This document shows, piece by piece, positions 39,264 to 49,033 of a stretch of 64,000 nucleotides of DNA. The translations under genes were made by a program, and so were the position numbers. The notes below the pieces were generated by a model. It did no database searches, was not told where the DNA came from, and saw only the letters and a list, made by a program, of their open reading frames with translations. Source of the DNA: an uncultured Candidatus Saccharibacteria bacterium (GTDB lineage Bacteria; Patescibacteriota; WWE3; UBA101185; UBA10185); the NCBI GenBank assembly GCA_964396025.1, contig CAYNBT010000001.1:109271-173270 (forward strand). Reading direction: 5' to 3'. Each line of letters starts with the position of its first letter. Position 1 is the first letter of the stretch.

Positions 39264-39464
39264 TTACTGTCCGAATAACCAACTCACAATCTGCTTAGGA
39301 GCATCATGTACAAATAAACTTACTCCAAGAAATGTTATTACGACAATCAATATAACGCCAAAGCACGCCTTAAGCAAGGAGCTAAGTAATTTACACAACA
39401 AGTAAAAAGCCACAATAAGCACTAACCCAAACAGCAAAACGTAAAGCATGTTGTTTAGAGTCAT
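39264..39464 (-). CDS. Small 2-TM membrane protein, hypothetical
   Basis: 66-aa hydrophobic ORF between rny and ymdB with 1-nt spacing. Confidence 0.3.
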   Translation of the reverse strand: MTLNNMLYVLLFGLVLIVAFYLLCKLLSSLLKACFGVILIVVITFLGVSLFVHDAPKQIVSWLFGQ

Positions 39465-39473
39465 AAGTTAAGT

Positions 39474-41042
39474 TTACTTAGCTGTCTCAGAGACCCTAGT
39501 TTCTCTTATCACAGTAACCTTAACAACACCTGGATACGTTTGTTCGAGTTCAATCTTTTTAGCTATTTCTCGCGCAATCAAAGCTGCTGAATCATCGTCC
39601 ACTCTACTTGGAATAACGAAAACCCGAACTTCTCTACCGGCTGAAATCGCATAAGCCTTATCTACACCATCAAAAGATGTCGCAGCAGCCTCAAGATCCT
39701 TCATACGCTTCACATATGATTCATAATCTTCTGATCTTGCTCCAGGGCGCGCACCGCTAATGTGATCTGCCAAAGCCACTACAGAAGACTCGAGTGAGCT
39801 AAACGGCCGATCTTCATGGTGTTCAGCAACACAATTTACAACTTTTTCATCGATTTTGTATTTTTTCAGAAGTTCCACACCAAGTTGAACATGCGTTCCT
39901 TCTTCATCTGTAACAACCTTACCAATGTCGTGGAGTAAACAACCCATTTTTACTACGTATACGTCTAAACCTAATTCGGTCGCTAATGCTGCACCAATCC
40001 TAGTCTCCTCAAGTGTATGCTCTATAAGGTTTTGGCCATACGAAAACCTATACTTAAATCGACCTAGCATTTGTATAAGCTCTTTGGGCAAATCGTATAT
40101 ACCAACGCGGTGGCATAAGTTATCGCCTTCCTTAAACATAAGGTGTTCTATCTCTTTCTGTGTCTTATCTATAGTTTCTTCGATCTTTACAGGCTGAATC
40201 CTGCCATCCTTCATTAATCTTTCAAGTGCTGTTTTGGCTATTTCGCGTCGAACCGGATCAAAAGAAGATATAATGATTTCTCCAGGTGAAGTGTCCAGCT
40301 CTAGCTCTACGCCAGTAAGCTCTTCAAACATTTTTATGTTGCGTCCTTCTTTACCAATGATACGACCCTTTATGTCTTCGTCTGGTATCTTAACCTTAGA
40401 AGTTGTGTATTCAACAACATAATCAGTAGCTCCAAAACGCATAGCATCTATCAATAACTCTTGGGCTTTCTTTTCTATATCCTTTTTTATTTCTTCTTCA
40501 ATTTGGCGAATTCTCTTGCCTTTTTCTGCAGAAAGGTCTCTATCAAAAGAAACTAGCAACTCCTGACGAGCTTCTTCTTTAGTCAAAGATGCGGTTTTTT
40601 CCAACTTATCTTGTTGTTGTTTGTATAGCTGATCTATTTGATCTTTTCGCTTTTCTATCGCGTCTTTCAACTCTCTAACCTGTCTAGCCTTATTTTCTAT
40701 CTCTTTTTCTTTCTCTTCCAGTTTAGATTTTTGCACTGCAAGTGATTTTTCTAGCTCAGCAGCCTTATCTTTAACTTCAGCTAACCTCTTGTCAGCTTCG
40801 GATTTGGACTGCATAACCTCATTTTTAGCCTCAAAGATGATCTCCTTGGCTTTTGCACGAGCTTCAAACACAATTTTCTCTTTAAGAGAATATTCCTCAA
40901 TTATTTTTTCTGGAGATAGTTGTGGCAGGGGTGCCTCAGAAGAATCATTCGCAGCTCTTTTTGACTTATTTGAAAAATAATAAGCGAGTGAAGTAGATAA
41001 ACCTACAGTTACAATGAAAAATATTATTTGTTGCATAAACAT
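39474..41042 (-). CDS. rny: Ribonuclease Y
   Basis: N-terminal TM, long coiled-coil (KE-rich), KH domain IIGKEGRNIKMFEELTGVEL, HD domain LLHDIGK. Confidence 0.9.
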   Translation of the reverse strand: MFMQQIIFFIVTVGLSTSLAYYFSNKSKRAANDSSEAPLPQLSPEKIIEEYSLKEKIVFEARAKAKEIIFEAKNEVMQSKSEADKRLAEVKDKAAELEKSLAVQKSKLEEKEKEIENKARQVRELKDAIEKRKDQIDQLYKQQQDKLEKTASLTKEEARQELLVSFDRDLSAEKGKRIRQIEEEIKKDIEKKAQELLIDAMRFGATDYVVEYTTSKVKIPDEDIKGRIIGKEGRNIKMFEELTGVELELDTSPGEIIISSFDPVRREIAKTALERLMKDGRIQPVKIEETIDKTQKEIEHLMFKEGDNLCHRVGIYDLPKELIQMLGRFKYRFSYGQNLIEHTLEETRIGAALATELGLDVYVVKMGCLLHDIGKVVTDEEGTHVQLGVELLKKYKIDEKVVNCVAEHHEDRPFSSLESSVVALADHISGARPGARSEDYESYVKRMKDLEAAATSFDGVDKAYAISAGREVRVFVIPSRVDDDSAALIAREIAKKIELEQTYPGVVKVTVIRETRVSETAK

Positions 41043-41196
41043 TCTTTCTTAAATTTAAGGGCTATGGGGTATAAATATGCGTAGATGCTACCAGTTTGAC
41101 AGCAAGCTAGACCGAAGTGGCTTGTAAAAAAGCCTGTCAGAATAATTTTCGATTTTAGTAGATATAAGCATATTTTCCATAGCAAACAGCCCCATT

Positions 41197-41703
41197 CTAG
41201 TCAACCAAGTCGATACTGTCAACCACGCGGGCTATTATGTTGTAGTCAAAGCCCTTCTGGTACAAATATTTGAACAATTTGGATTTTTTGTTAGGAGGCT
41301 TCAAAAGTCGCTGTTTTTTTAAAGCAAGCTTTAAAATGGCTTTCTCTTGTAGGTCGTCGCCACTTAGACGAGCCATGTTTGCTTCTATCAGTTCAGGCGA
41401 TACACCCCTTTGAAGAAGTTTTTTTCGAACCATGTAAGGACTTATGGCCTTTTCTGACAACAGTATTGAATCTATATATTTGCTTACATAACTGGCGTCA
41501 TCAATAAGCCGCATGGTTCTTAAACGATCCTGTGTATGCTCTATCAAAGTGTCTGCGGATTCAACAAGTTCAGGAAACTTCTTGCGTAGTATTTGCAAAA
41601 GTTTCACATTTATCTCATAAGCAGTCCTGTCCTTTATGGAAAGATAATCTATGATTCTTTCGAAAAGATAGGCTTGAGCTCTTTTTTCAGTATCATTCAT
41701 CAA
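41197..41703 (-). CDS. recX: Regulatory protein RecX
   Basis: 168 aa, three-helical-repeat pattern, immediately downstream of recA with an 11-nt overlap. Confidence 0.7.
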   Translation of the reverse strand: MMNDTEKRAQAYLFERIIDYLSIKDRTAYEINVKLLQILRKKFPELVESADTLIEHTQDRLRTMRLIDDASYVSKYIDSILLSEKAISPYMVRKKLLQRGVSPELIEANMARLSGDDLQEKAILKLALKKQRLLKPPNKKSKLFKYLYQKGFDYNIIARVVDSIDLVD

Positions 41704-42787
41704 GTTCTTGTTCTACCTCTACAGAGCGTGAGGTGCTTTCTTCTGCTCCTACCTGAAAATGCAATGCACCATCGTTTTTCATCGCAGCTCTGATCTTTTT
41801 GTCGATTTCCTCGTATGTCTTCTTGTTAGTCCTAAGTGTTTGCTTTGAAGCTTCCCTGCCCTGTCCAATCTTTTCTCCCCCAAATTCATACCAAGCACCA
41901 CTCTTTTTTACTATATTCATCTCTACACCAACATCAAGTAAATTCCCTTCCTTACTTATTCCTTCATTAAACATGATATCGAATTCCGCTACTCTAAATG
42001 GAGGGGCCACCTTGTTCTTTACCACTTTAACTTGCGCTTTTATACCGGATATATCATTACCATCCTTGATAGATTGTATCTTCCTTATTTCAAGGCGAAC
42101 TGAAGCATAAAATTTTAGCGCTCTTCCCCCAGACGTGGTTTCAGGGTTTCCAAACATAACACCTATCTTTGTGCGGAGTTGATTCGTGAATATAACTGTG
42201 CAATTGGACCTGCTTACAGAACCGGTAATTCTTCTTAGGGCTTGGCTCATAAGCCTAGCCTGCAAAGCAATATGACTGTCGCCAATATCACCCTCTATCT
42301 CAGCTTTTGGCACCAAAGCTGCCACTGAATCAATTGCAATTACATCTACAGCGTTTGATCTGATTAATGTTTCCGCTATATCCAACGCCTGCTCACCTGT
42401 ATCGGGTTGGGAAACCAAAAGATTTGTTACATCAACGCCAGTCTTTTCTGCGTAAATCGGGTCAAAGGCATGCTCAGCATCTATCAAAGCTGCGGTACCA
42501 CCAAGTTTTTGTGATTCCGCAATGATATGCTGCACCAGGGTAGTCTTTCCAGAAGATTCAGGACCATAAATTTCAACTATTCTGCCTCGTGGAACTCCTC
42601 CTACCCCAAGGGCGATATCCAAAGCTATAGAACCAGTGGGTATAACTGTAATATCCTTGGTTTCGGTCTTATCCCCCAAACGCATGATAGAACCCTTCCC
42701 AAAGGACTTCTCAATTTGATCTAGGGCAGATTTTAGAGCAATATCTCTATTTTTTTGTTCTTTATCATTTTTTACACTTGCTGACAT
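41693..42787 (-). CDS. recA: Recombinase RecA
   Basis: …[30 protein letters not shown]… (Walker A), …IIFINQLR…-type L2 region. Confidence 0.95.
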   Translation of the reverse strand: MSASVKNDKEQKNRDIALKSALDQIEKSFGKGSIMRLGDKTETKDITVIPTGSIALDIALGVGGVPRGRIVEIYGPESSGKTTLVQHIIAESQKLGGTAALIDAEHAFDPIYAEKTGVDVTNLLVSQPDTGEQALDIAETLIRSNAVDVIAIDSVAALVPKAEIEGDIGDSHIALQARLMSQALRRITGSVSRSNCTVIFTNQLRTKIGVMFGNPETTSGGRALKFYASVRLEIRKIQSIKDGNDISGIKAQVKVVKNKVAPPFRVAEFDIMFNEGISKEGNLLDVGVEMNIVKKSGAWYEFGGEKIGQGREASKQTLRTNKKTYEEIDKKIRAAMKNDGALHFQVGAEESTSRSVEVEQELDE

Positions 42788-42844
42788 AAAAGCCTTTCTT
42801 AAACTTTAGAAAATTTTATGAATTAAACATCTAAATAACAAGTA

Positions 42845-42878
42845 TAACCTCTCTATTTTAAATAGAATTATGAGGTTA
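42845..42878 (-). terminator. Candidate terminator hairpin overlapping the response-regulator stop codon
   Basis: TAACCTC…GAGGTTA 7-bp stem with a nested TCTATTT/AAATAGA stem in the loop, U-rich tract downstream on the minus strand. Confidence 0.35.
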
Positions 42879-43305
42879 TTTCTTCTGGGGCAGTAGATTT
42901 ATACAAATCTTTAATTCCTGAAGTACCGGCATTCTTTACAAAGAACTTATTTACTTCAGCTATAAGCTCTTTTGGCAGGTACTTGGCTTTCAACAAATAG
43001 CCATCAGCACCCATCTTATAGGCTTCTTTGGCTACAGTATCTTCACCTAAATTTGTGAGAAGATATACAGGCACACTTTTCATAGGAGAAGAATCTTCCC
43101 TGAAAGCTTTTAGTACCTCCATTCCGGTCAATTTGGGTAACATTATATCCAACAAAACTAGATCAAATCCGGTAACTGAAGATGCTTTGCTTAAGGCATC
43201 TTCGCCATCAACGGCTACTATTATCTCAAAGCCTGCATGGCGTAATACATCTTCGTAAAGACTTCTTATATAAGCATCATCTTCAATTAAAAGAATTTTC
43301 TTCAT
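42868..43305 (-). CDS. Single-domain response regulator (CheY-like receiver)
   Basis: MKKILLIEDDAY…DLVLLDIMLPKLTGMEVL…KMGADGYLLK (conserved D, D, K residues). Confidence 0.8.
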   Translation of the reverse strand: MKKILLIEDDAYIRSLYEDVLRHAGFEIIVAVDGEDALSKASSVTGFDLVLLDIMLPKLTGMEVLKAFREDSSPMKSVPVYLLTNLGEDTVAKEAYKMGADGYLLKAKYLPKELIAEVNKFFVKNAGTSGIKDLYKSTAPEEITS

Positions 43306-43307
43306 AA

Positions 43308-44864
43308 TTATTTCGCTCCCGTCTGAGCAGTAGGAATCGTAAAACTAAATGTACTTCCATCTTTTTCATGACTTTCGGCCCAAATCTTCCCTCCATGTAA
43401 TCTTACTATCTCGCTCGATATAAATAAACCAAGTCCTGTACCTTTTCTGCCTTGACGCCATATACTAGTAGAAGTTCTATAGAATTTTTTGAATAAATGA
43501 GGCATGGATTCAGGAGGAATACCTATGCCTGTATCCTTTATATGCGTGACCACAAAGCCATCCAGTTCTTCTATAAAAATAGAAACACGACCTCCCGGAT
43601 TATTATATTTGATAGCGTTATCAAGAAGATTCGAGATCACCTCAGTAACCATAGTTTTGTCGACATGAACCTTAGGCAATGTTGTTTTGGATTCAATGAA
43701 TTGAATCTTCACACCCGATTCATCCGCGCTTCCCGAAAAACGCTCTACCACGCTCTTTACCAATGGTAACCATTCTTCTACTGTTTTCTGTAGTATTAAA
43801 CTTCCTCGCTCGATTCTTGAAATGTTAAGTAAATTCTCAGTTAATATATAGAGTTGATCCGCGCTTACAATGACTTTTTTCAAGTATTCTTGATTTACTT
43901 CTGAGAGTTCAGGAACCGCATCTGTACCCAACAACGACAAATACCCTCTTATCGAGGTTAACGGGGTTCTTAGTTCATGAGCAGCAATCGAGACAAAATC
44001 CAGTTTAAGAGTTTCTAACTCAATCTCTTTTGTAATATCAGTTAAAGTAACGATACAGCCCAAATTAATATCTTTTCCTTCAGAGATCACTGCGCTAACC
44101 ATACGCACAAACTTCTTTTGGCCGCTTTTAGTAACCAAAGTGACTTTAGTATTAGAATAAACGTTGCGGTCACCAATCGTATCTAGAACTGGGCTGTACT
44201 TTCCACTGTCTAAGGGCATTGAGTCATCAAACAGCCGAACTATGTCATCTGCGGGTTTTTTTACAACTTCTGAATATATATAACCTGTAAGTTCCTCCAT
44301 TGCTTTATTAAACGTTACAATCTTACCTTCACGATCTAGCGCAAAGACTCCATCGCTTGTGTTGTATAGAGTTGCTTCTAAAATGTCTTTTTCTGCAGCT
44401 AAGGCTAATGTGCGCTCCGAAGTGCCTTTGTCTAGAGCTTCGCGCATGTTGGTAATTTCTTTTAATGTTGCAATATAATTTTCTTCAAGTTCGTTTTTTG
44501 AAAGATATTTAACACGCTCCTGTGCAAATACACTGCCAGGCAGGTCCAGGATAAGGTTCTCAAAATCTCTGACAGCTCCCAAACGATCTCTTATTCCAAT
44601 GATTAAATCCTGCAAAACTTTTACCGCATCACGCTCACCAGAGGAATCTACGTATAGATGGAATAGAATATTAGTTAAATCCGCCTTTTCTGAGTATGAA
44701 AGAGATGAAATATCGTAACCGGACAAAGTGTAACTTATGCCTGGGAATTTACCCTTGATAGCTGCTTTTATTTTTGGATCCCCCAACTTAACTAAACACT
44801 TTTGCAAATACTCAGGAGCTGCAGTATCTAACAAAGTGTTTTTCTTTTGGAACAGGGCAGCCAT
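43308..44864 (-). CDS. Cytoplasmic sensor histidine kinase (unknown N-terminal domain + PAS + HisKA + HATPase_c)
   Basis: H-box IAAHELRTPLTSIRGYL, N-box VISNLLDNAIKYN, G-boxes DTGIGIP / GTGLGLFISSEIV. No TM segment. Confidence 0.8.
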   Translation of the reverse strand: MAALFQKKNTLLDTAAPEYLQKCLVKLGDPKIKAAIKGKFPGISYTLSGYDISSLSYSEKADLTNILFHLYVDSSGERDAVKVLQDLIIGIRDRLGAVRDFENLILDLPGSVFAQERVKYLSKNELEENYIATLKEITNMREALDKGTSERTLALAAEKDILEATLYNTSDGVFALDREGKIVTFNKAMEELTGYIYSEVVKKPADDIVRLFDDSMPLDSGKYSPVLDTIGDRNVYSNTKVTLVTKSGQKKFVRMVSAVISEGKDINLGCIVTLTDITKEIELETLKLDFVSIAAHELRTPLTSIRGYLSLLGTDAVPELSEVNQEYLKKVIVSADQLYILTENLLNISRIERGSLILQKTVEEWLPLVKSVVERFSGSADESGVKIQFIESKTTLPKVHVDKTMVTEVISNLLDNAIKYNNPGGRVSIFIEELDGFVVTHIKDTGIGIPPESMPHLFKKFYRTSTSIWRQGRKGTGLGLFISSEIVRLHGGKIWAESHEKDGSTFSFTIPTAQTGAK

Positions 44865-44873
44865 GTAATAAGT

Positions 44874-46340
44874 CTATATTAAATTAAGAGCTTTTTCTAA
44901 TCTTTTAACTACTGTTTGCTTACCAAGTTCGTGTATAACGTCAAACAGCGGCGGAGTAGCTAAAGAGCCTGTTAGGGCAACTCTCAACGTCATGAATACC
45001 TCTTTATTCTTGTACCCATTATCTATCACAAGTTTGTGAGATATGGCGTCCAGGTCCGAAACTTCCCAAGATGAAGAATCTAGGTAAAGCTCTTTTATAT
45101 CATGAAGTATCTTTCTTGCACGTTCAGACGAAGCAGTAAAAGAGGTAAGCACAGTAATGTCAACATCAGGATCATTAAAAAAATACGAAAGCAACGATTC
45201 GGCTTCTGCCAATGTTTTTAACCGTTCCTTTATCAAAGCAAAAAGGCGGGTTAGTTTAGTCTCATCGCTTGTATCGATAGTGGGTTTTATTCCATACTTA
45301 ACTTGCCACTCCTTAAAACGTGTACACAGGTCTGCAGGATCTAAACTTCTGATGTAGTGCCCATTAAACCAAAGTAGTTTCTGTCTATCAAACACCACTA
45401 AATCCGTTTTGTGTAGTTTTTCTATATTGAAATCGTGAACAAATTCCTCAACCGAGTAAATTTCTTTCTCTGTCCCAGGATTCCAACCTAGAAACATAAG
45501 AAAATTCAGCGTGGCTTCGGGTAGATATCCTAGTTCTAAAAACTGAGTTGCGGCTACGGCACCAAATCTCTTGGAGAGCTTTTTGTTAGCTCCAGCCTCT
45601 TTAAGATTTGGTAGATGGATATACTTAGGAATTTCCCAACCAAAAGCCTTATATAAGACAATGTGTTTTGGTGTAGAGGGCAACCAGTCATTTCCGCGCA
45701 TGACATGTGTGATTTTCATAGCGTTATCATCTACAACTACAGCAAGATGATATGTAGGAAATCCGTCTGATTTAAGCAGGACCTGATCATCAATCTCTGA
45801 TGAATCAAAAACTAAATCTCCATATACAATATCTGTGAACTGTATTTTTTCATTATCTGGCATTTTAAGCCTGATAACATAGGGCTCCCCCGCGTCGAGT
45901 CTAGATCTCACCTCATTATCTGAAAGCGCAAGACACTTACGATCATACTTTGAGGGAATTTTCTTTTCTTGCTGTTCTGCTCTTAGTTTCTCCAGTCTTG
46001 ATGCATCACAAAAGCAGTAGTAAGCATGTTTTGATGCTACAAGTTGCTCAGCATATTGTTTATAAAGAGGTAAGCGTTCAGATTGAATATAAGGAGCGTA
46101 TATGCCTCCAGCTCTAGGACCCTCGTCCCAAGAAAGTCCGTAATCCGTAATCACATCGAGGGTTCTCTCCATAGCACCTTCAACATAACGTGTTCTATCG
46201 GTATCTTCAATACGCACCAAAAATACACCATCGCTCTTTTTTGCCAAAGCATAGTTATACAAAAGGGTTCTTAGGTGGCCAATATGAAGATCCCCTGTAG
46301 GACTTGGGGCGATTCTAGTTCTTATCATAGATACGGGCAT
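44874..46340 (-). CDS. gltX: Glutamate--tRNA ligase
   Basis: TRIAPSPTGDLHIGHLRTLLYNYALAKK (HIGH motif), …KLSKR (KMSKS variant). Confidence 0.9.
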   Translation of the reverse strand: MPVSMIRTRIAPSPTGDLHIGHLRTLLYNYALAKKSDGVFLVRIEDTDRTRYVEGAMERTLDVITDYGLSWDEGPRAGGIYAPYIQSERLPLYKQYAEQLVASKHAYYCFCDASRLEKLRAEQQEKKIPSKYDRKCLALSDNEVRSRLDAGEPYVIRLKMPDNEKIQFTDIVYGDLVFDSSEIDDQVLLKSDGFPTYHLAVVVDDNAMKITHVMRGNDWLPSTPKHIVLYKAFGWEIPKYIHLPNLKEAGANKKLSKRFGAVAATQFLELGYLPEATLNFLMFLGWNPGTEKEIYSVEEFVHDFNIEKLHKTDLVVFDRQKLLWFNGHYIRSLDPADLCTRFKEWQVKYGIKPTIDTSDETKLTRLFALIKERLKTLAEAESLLSYFFNDPDVDITVLTSFTASSERARKILHDIKELYLDSSSWEVSDLDAISHKLVIDNGYKNKEVFMTLRVALTGSLATPPLFDVIHELGKQTVVKRLEKALNLI

Positions 46341-46377
46341 TTTATCATATCAAACCCTATGTTAATATTATGTAAGT

Positions 46378-47532
46378 ATGAGTTTGGTTACTGTTTCAGC
46401 TACTGTAAAAAGAACCATTAATATCCTAATCACTTTGGGAGTATGCTACATTCTAATACTCACTTTAAAACCATATATAAAGCAGGGATATTACAGTATG
46501 TTTCCACCAAAAGACTTGCCAACTGTAGCTTTTGGAAAAGTTGAACCGCTAAAATTTGTGGAAAAGAAAGTACTTAATAGATCACCCTTGTTCGAACTCA
46601 ATACAACCAATGGAAAATTACCTGCAGGATTACCTACAAAAGCTGCTGTGATAAAAGTGCATCCTCCGCAGTTCTCTTTTGAGGCAGGGAGGGTAGCACA
46701 AAGGAACGCGGAAGCTTTGGGGTTTTTGGATGAAAATCTGATCACAGATTTAAAGGGGGATACTTATGCATGGAGGAACGCCGAGTTCGGCGGAGTGCTC
46801 GAGATTCACATAAATAAAAACATATTTAAGGTATCAACTCCACTTGCCAGACTATCCACTATTTACACACCAGGAAACATTAACAAGAAAAGTGCAGAGT
46901 CAATGGCCAAATCTATCTTAAATGGACTTGGTCTTTTCGACGATAATCTTTATCAAAACGGGCGAACAGAGATTGTTTTAGGCAAATACTACTTAAACAG
47001 ATTACTCGAGGTAACAATCCCCTCAGAAGCCCAACTCGCCCGTGTTGATATTTTTAGAGATATTTCAGGAGTACCTATTGTTGGTCCGGACCCGAAAAAG
47101 GGACAGTTACGCATGTTTGTAGGACAGCCGAGTAACGGAAACAAAACACTTCGAACACCAATGATAGAGGCACACCTAAAAAGCATTGATTTAACTGACC
47201 TTTCGGCTACATATCCTCTAATACCTATAGAAACAGCATGGAATGAAGTTGTAAGCGGCAACGGAGTGATAACAAATGTGACACCTAGAGAACAAAGCCC
47301 ATTCGAAGAATACACCCCAATTATTATCGAAAAGGCACTTATCAACGACATTTATGTTGCGTATTACGAAACCGAAGCTGATCAACCGTATATGCAACCA
47401 ATATATGTGTTTGAAGGTAACTACACGTCTGCAGGCCGCTCAGGAGATATCTCCGTGTACTATCCGGCAATATCAGGCGAATGGGTAAACACCCCAGTGG
47501 AAACTAAATCAACCAGTGAACGTGCAAGGTAG
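46378..47532 (+). CDS. Hypothetical exported/membrane-anchored protein
   Basis: N-terminal TM helix (INILITLGVCYILILTL), about 360-aa soluble domain with no recognised motif. Confidence 0.4.
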   Translation: MSLVTVSATVKRTINILITLGVCYILILTLKPYIKQGYYSMFPPKDLPTVAFGKVEPLKFVEKKVLNRSPLFELNTTNGKLPAGLPTKAAVIKVHPPQFSFEAGRVAQRNAEALGFLDENLITDLKGDTYAWRNAEFGGVLEIHINKNIFKVSTPLARLSTIYTPGNINKKSAESMAKSILNGLGLFDDNLYQNGRTEIVLGKYYLNRLLEVTIPSEAQLARVDIFRDISGVPIVGPDPKKGQLRMFVGQPSNGNKTLRTPMIEAHLKSIDLTDLSATYPLIPIETAWNEVVSGNGVITNVTPREQSPFEEYTPIIIEKALINDIYVAYYETEADQPYMQPIYVFEGNYTSAGRSGDISVYYPAISGEWVNTPVETKSTSERAR

Positions 47533-47534
47533 TA

Positions 47535-48566
47535 CTAATGAAATTCGAACGATCTAAGCACCCAATTTAGAAGTGTCTTCGTATCGCCAAATCTATCCTG
47601 GCTGCTCATAACCACAATAGCCAAATCTACAGAATCCTGATTGTAGGCATAGATAAGCACCTCTCCGGCACCTTCTGTTTTGCCGGTTTTTATTCCTATA
47701 GATCCAGGAACTTCCCAAAGCAAACTGTTAGTGTTTGATACAGCTCTAGGACCAACACTAGTCTCAAAGGTGTAAGTCTTTTTTGCAACAGCATCCTTGA
47801 TCAGGTCAGCTTCAACCGCTCTTTTACTTAATTTATAGAGATCAAACGAGGTAGAGTAATGTAAGAAATTGGCATCATCTAGACCTATGGCATTAGTAAA
47901 ATGTGTATTTGAAAGTCCAAATGCCAGTGCTTTTGCATTCATCAAGGACACAAAATCAGTACCGCTGTTTGCCGCCAATGTACAAGCCGCATCCCCAGCC
48001 GAACCAATTAACATTGCATAGAGTAAATCCTGAACAGAAATCTCTTCTCCATTCAAAAAACCTACCTTTTGACTGTCCACAAGCGTACAAAATTCCGGAA
48101 CTTTTAGCAGATCATCTATCTTATATACATCAAGAGCAACAAGAGCTGTCATGAGCTTTGTAGTAGAAGCAGGGGCTAGCTTTAGCAGATAATCTTTGTT
48201 AAACAAAACTGTGTCCGTTTTTCTATCAAGCACCAAAGCAGAAAGGGCAGAAATTTGAGGTGTCGCAAAGGCACTACCTTTAAATTCTGGCGCGGCAACC
48301 GAAGATGCTCCCAATACACCATTACCCGAAACAATGCGCTGTGGCGGGGTAGCATCAAAAAAATACGCCAAAGAATTGATCTTCACCTCTCTAGGAATCC
48401 CTACACCATAACCCAAAGCTATTATCAAAACAGTTACTGAAACTGTTCTAAAAGCTAGATTTGCTGAATAGATAGGCGCCGAGCCCAAGAATTCAATGGC
48501 ACGCAAAGCATCAACACAACGGAATAGAACAAATAATTGGATTTTTTGCCATATACTTAACGTCAT
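47535..48566 (-). CDS. D-alanyl-D-alanine carboxypeptidase (peptidase S11, PBP5-like)
   Basis: SxxK APASTTKLMTALVAL, SGN-like region, KTG in IKTGKTEGAG. Confidence 0.75.
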   Translation of the reverse strand: MTLSIWQKIQLFVLFRCVDALRAIEFLGSAPIYSANLAFRTVSVTVLIIALGYGVGIPREVKINSLAYFFDATPPQRIVSGNGVLGASSVAAPEFKGSAFATPQISALSALVLDRKTDTVLFNKDYLLKLAPASTTKLMTALVALDVYKIDDLLKVPEFCTLVDSQKVGFLNGEEISVQDLLYAMLIGSAGDAACTLAANSGTDFVSLMNAKALAFGLSNTHFTNAIGLDDANFLHYSTSFDLYKLSKRAVEADLIKDAVAKKTYTFETSVGPRAVSNTNSLLWEVPGSIGIKTGKTEGAGEVLIYAYNQDSVDLAIVVMSSQDRFGDTKTLLNWVLRSFEFH

Positions 48567-49024
48567 TGTATGTAGTCCCCTTGGATAGGCTGAACTAACC
48601 CTACCAAATCCTTTGCCTGCATTACCACCGATATCGTATGAGATCCAGCATTAAAGGCGACCATATCCTTTTGATATATCCTAAGATCAAAATAAGTCTT
48701 GATGCCCATAAGATTTCCAAAAGGAGGAATGCTACCTACTTCTAAACCTGTGAGTTCTTTAATTTCTTGTTTAGTCGCCATTCTCAAATCCTTTATACCT
48801 GCTGAGTCTTTTACTTTCTTAAAACTTAAACGAGTATCCCCTGGAATTGCTACGAGTATTGGTGACTTATCAGCCATTAATATCAGCGCTTTAACTCCCA
48901 TGGATAAACTAGAATCACGCACTTGAGCGGCTTCCTCGCTTGTATATACAGGTGTATGCTCAATTTTTTGATATTGCACTTTGTGATGATCTAAAGTACT
49001 TAGTATACGTTCCAATACATTCAT
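48563..49024 (-). CDS. YbaK/ProX-type aminoacyl-tRNA deacylase
   Basis: 153 aa; …MGVKALILMADKSPILVAIPGDTRLSFKKV…GSIPPFGN… is the YbaK editing-domain pattern. Confidence 0.65.
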   Translation of the reverse strand: MNVLERILSTLDHHKVQYQKIEHTPVYTSEEAAQVRDSSLSMGVKALILMADKSPILVAIPGDTRLSFKKVKDSAGIKDLRMATKQEIKELTGLEVGSIPPFGNLMGIKTYFDLRIYQKDMVAFNAGSHTISVVMQAKDLVGLVQPIQGDYIQ

Positions 49025-49033
49025 AGAGTTACA

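Noticed and set aside
41043-41196. Possible tRNA or promoter elements in the 154-nt recX-rny spacer
   Set aside because: No T-arm consensus or acceptor pairing; only weak hairpins. The -35/-10-like hexamers present have non-canonical spacing.
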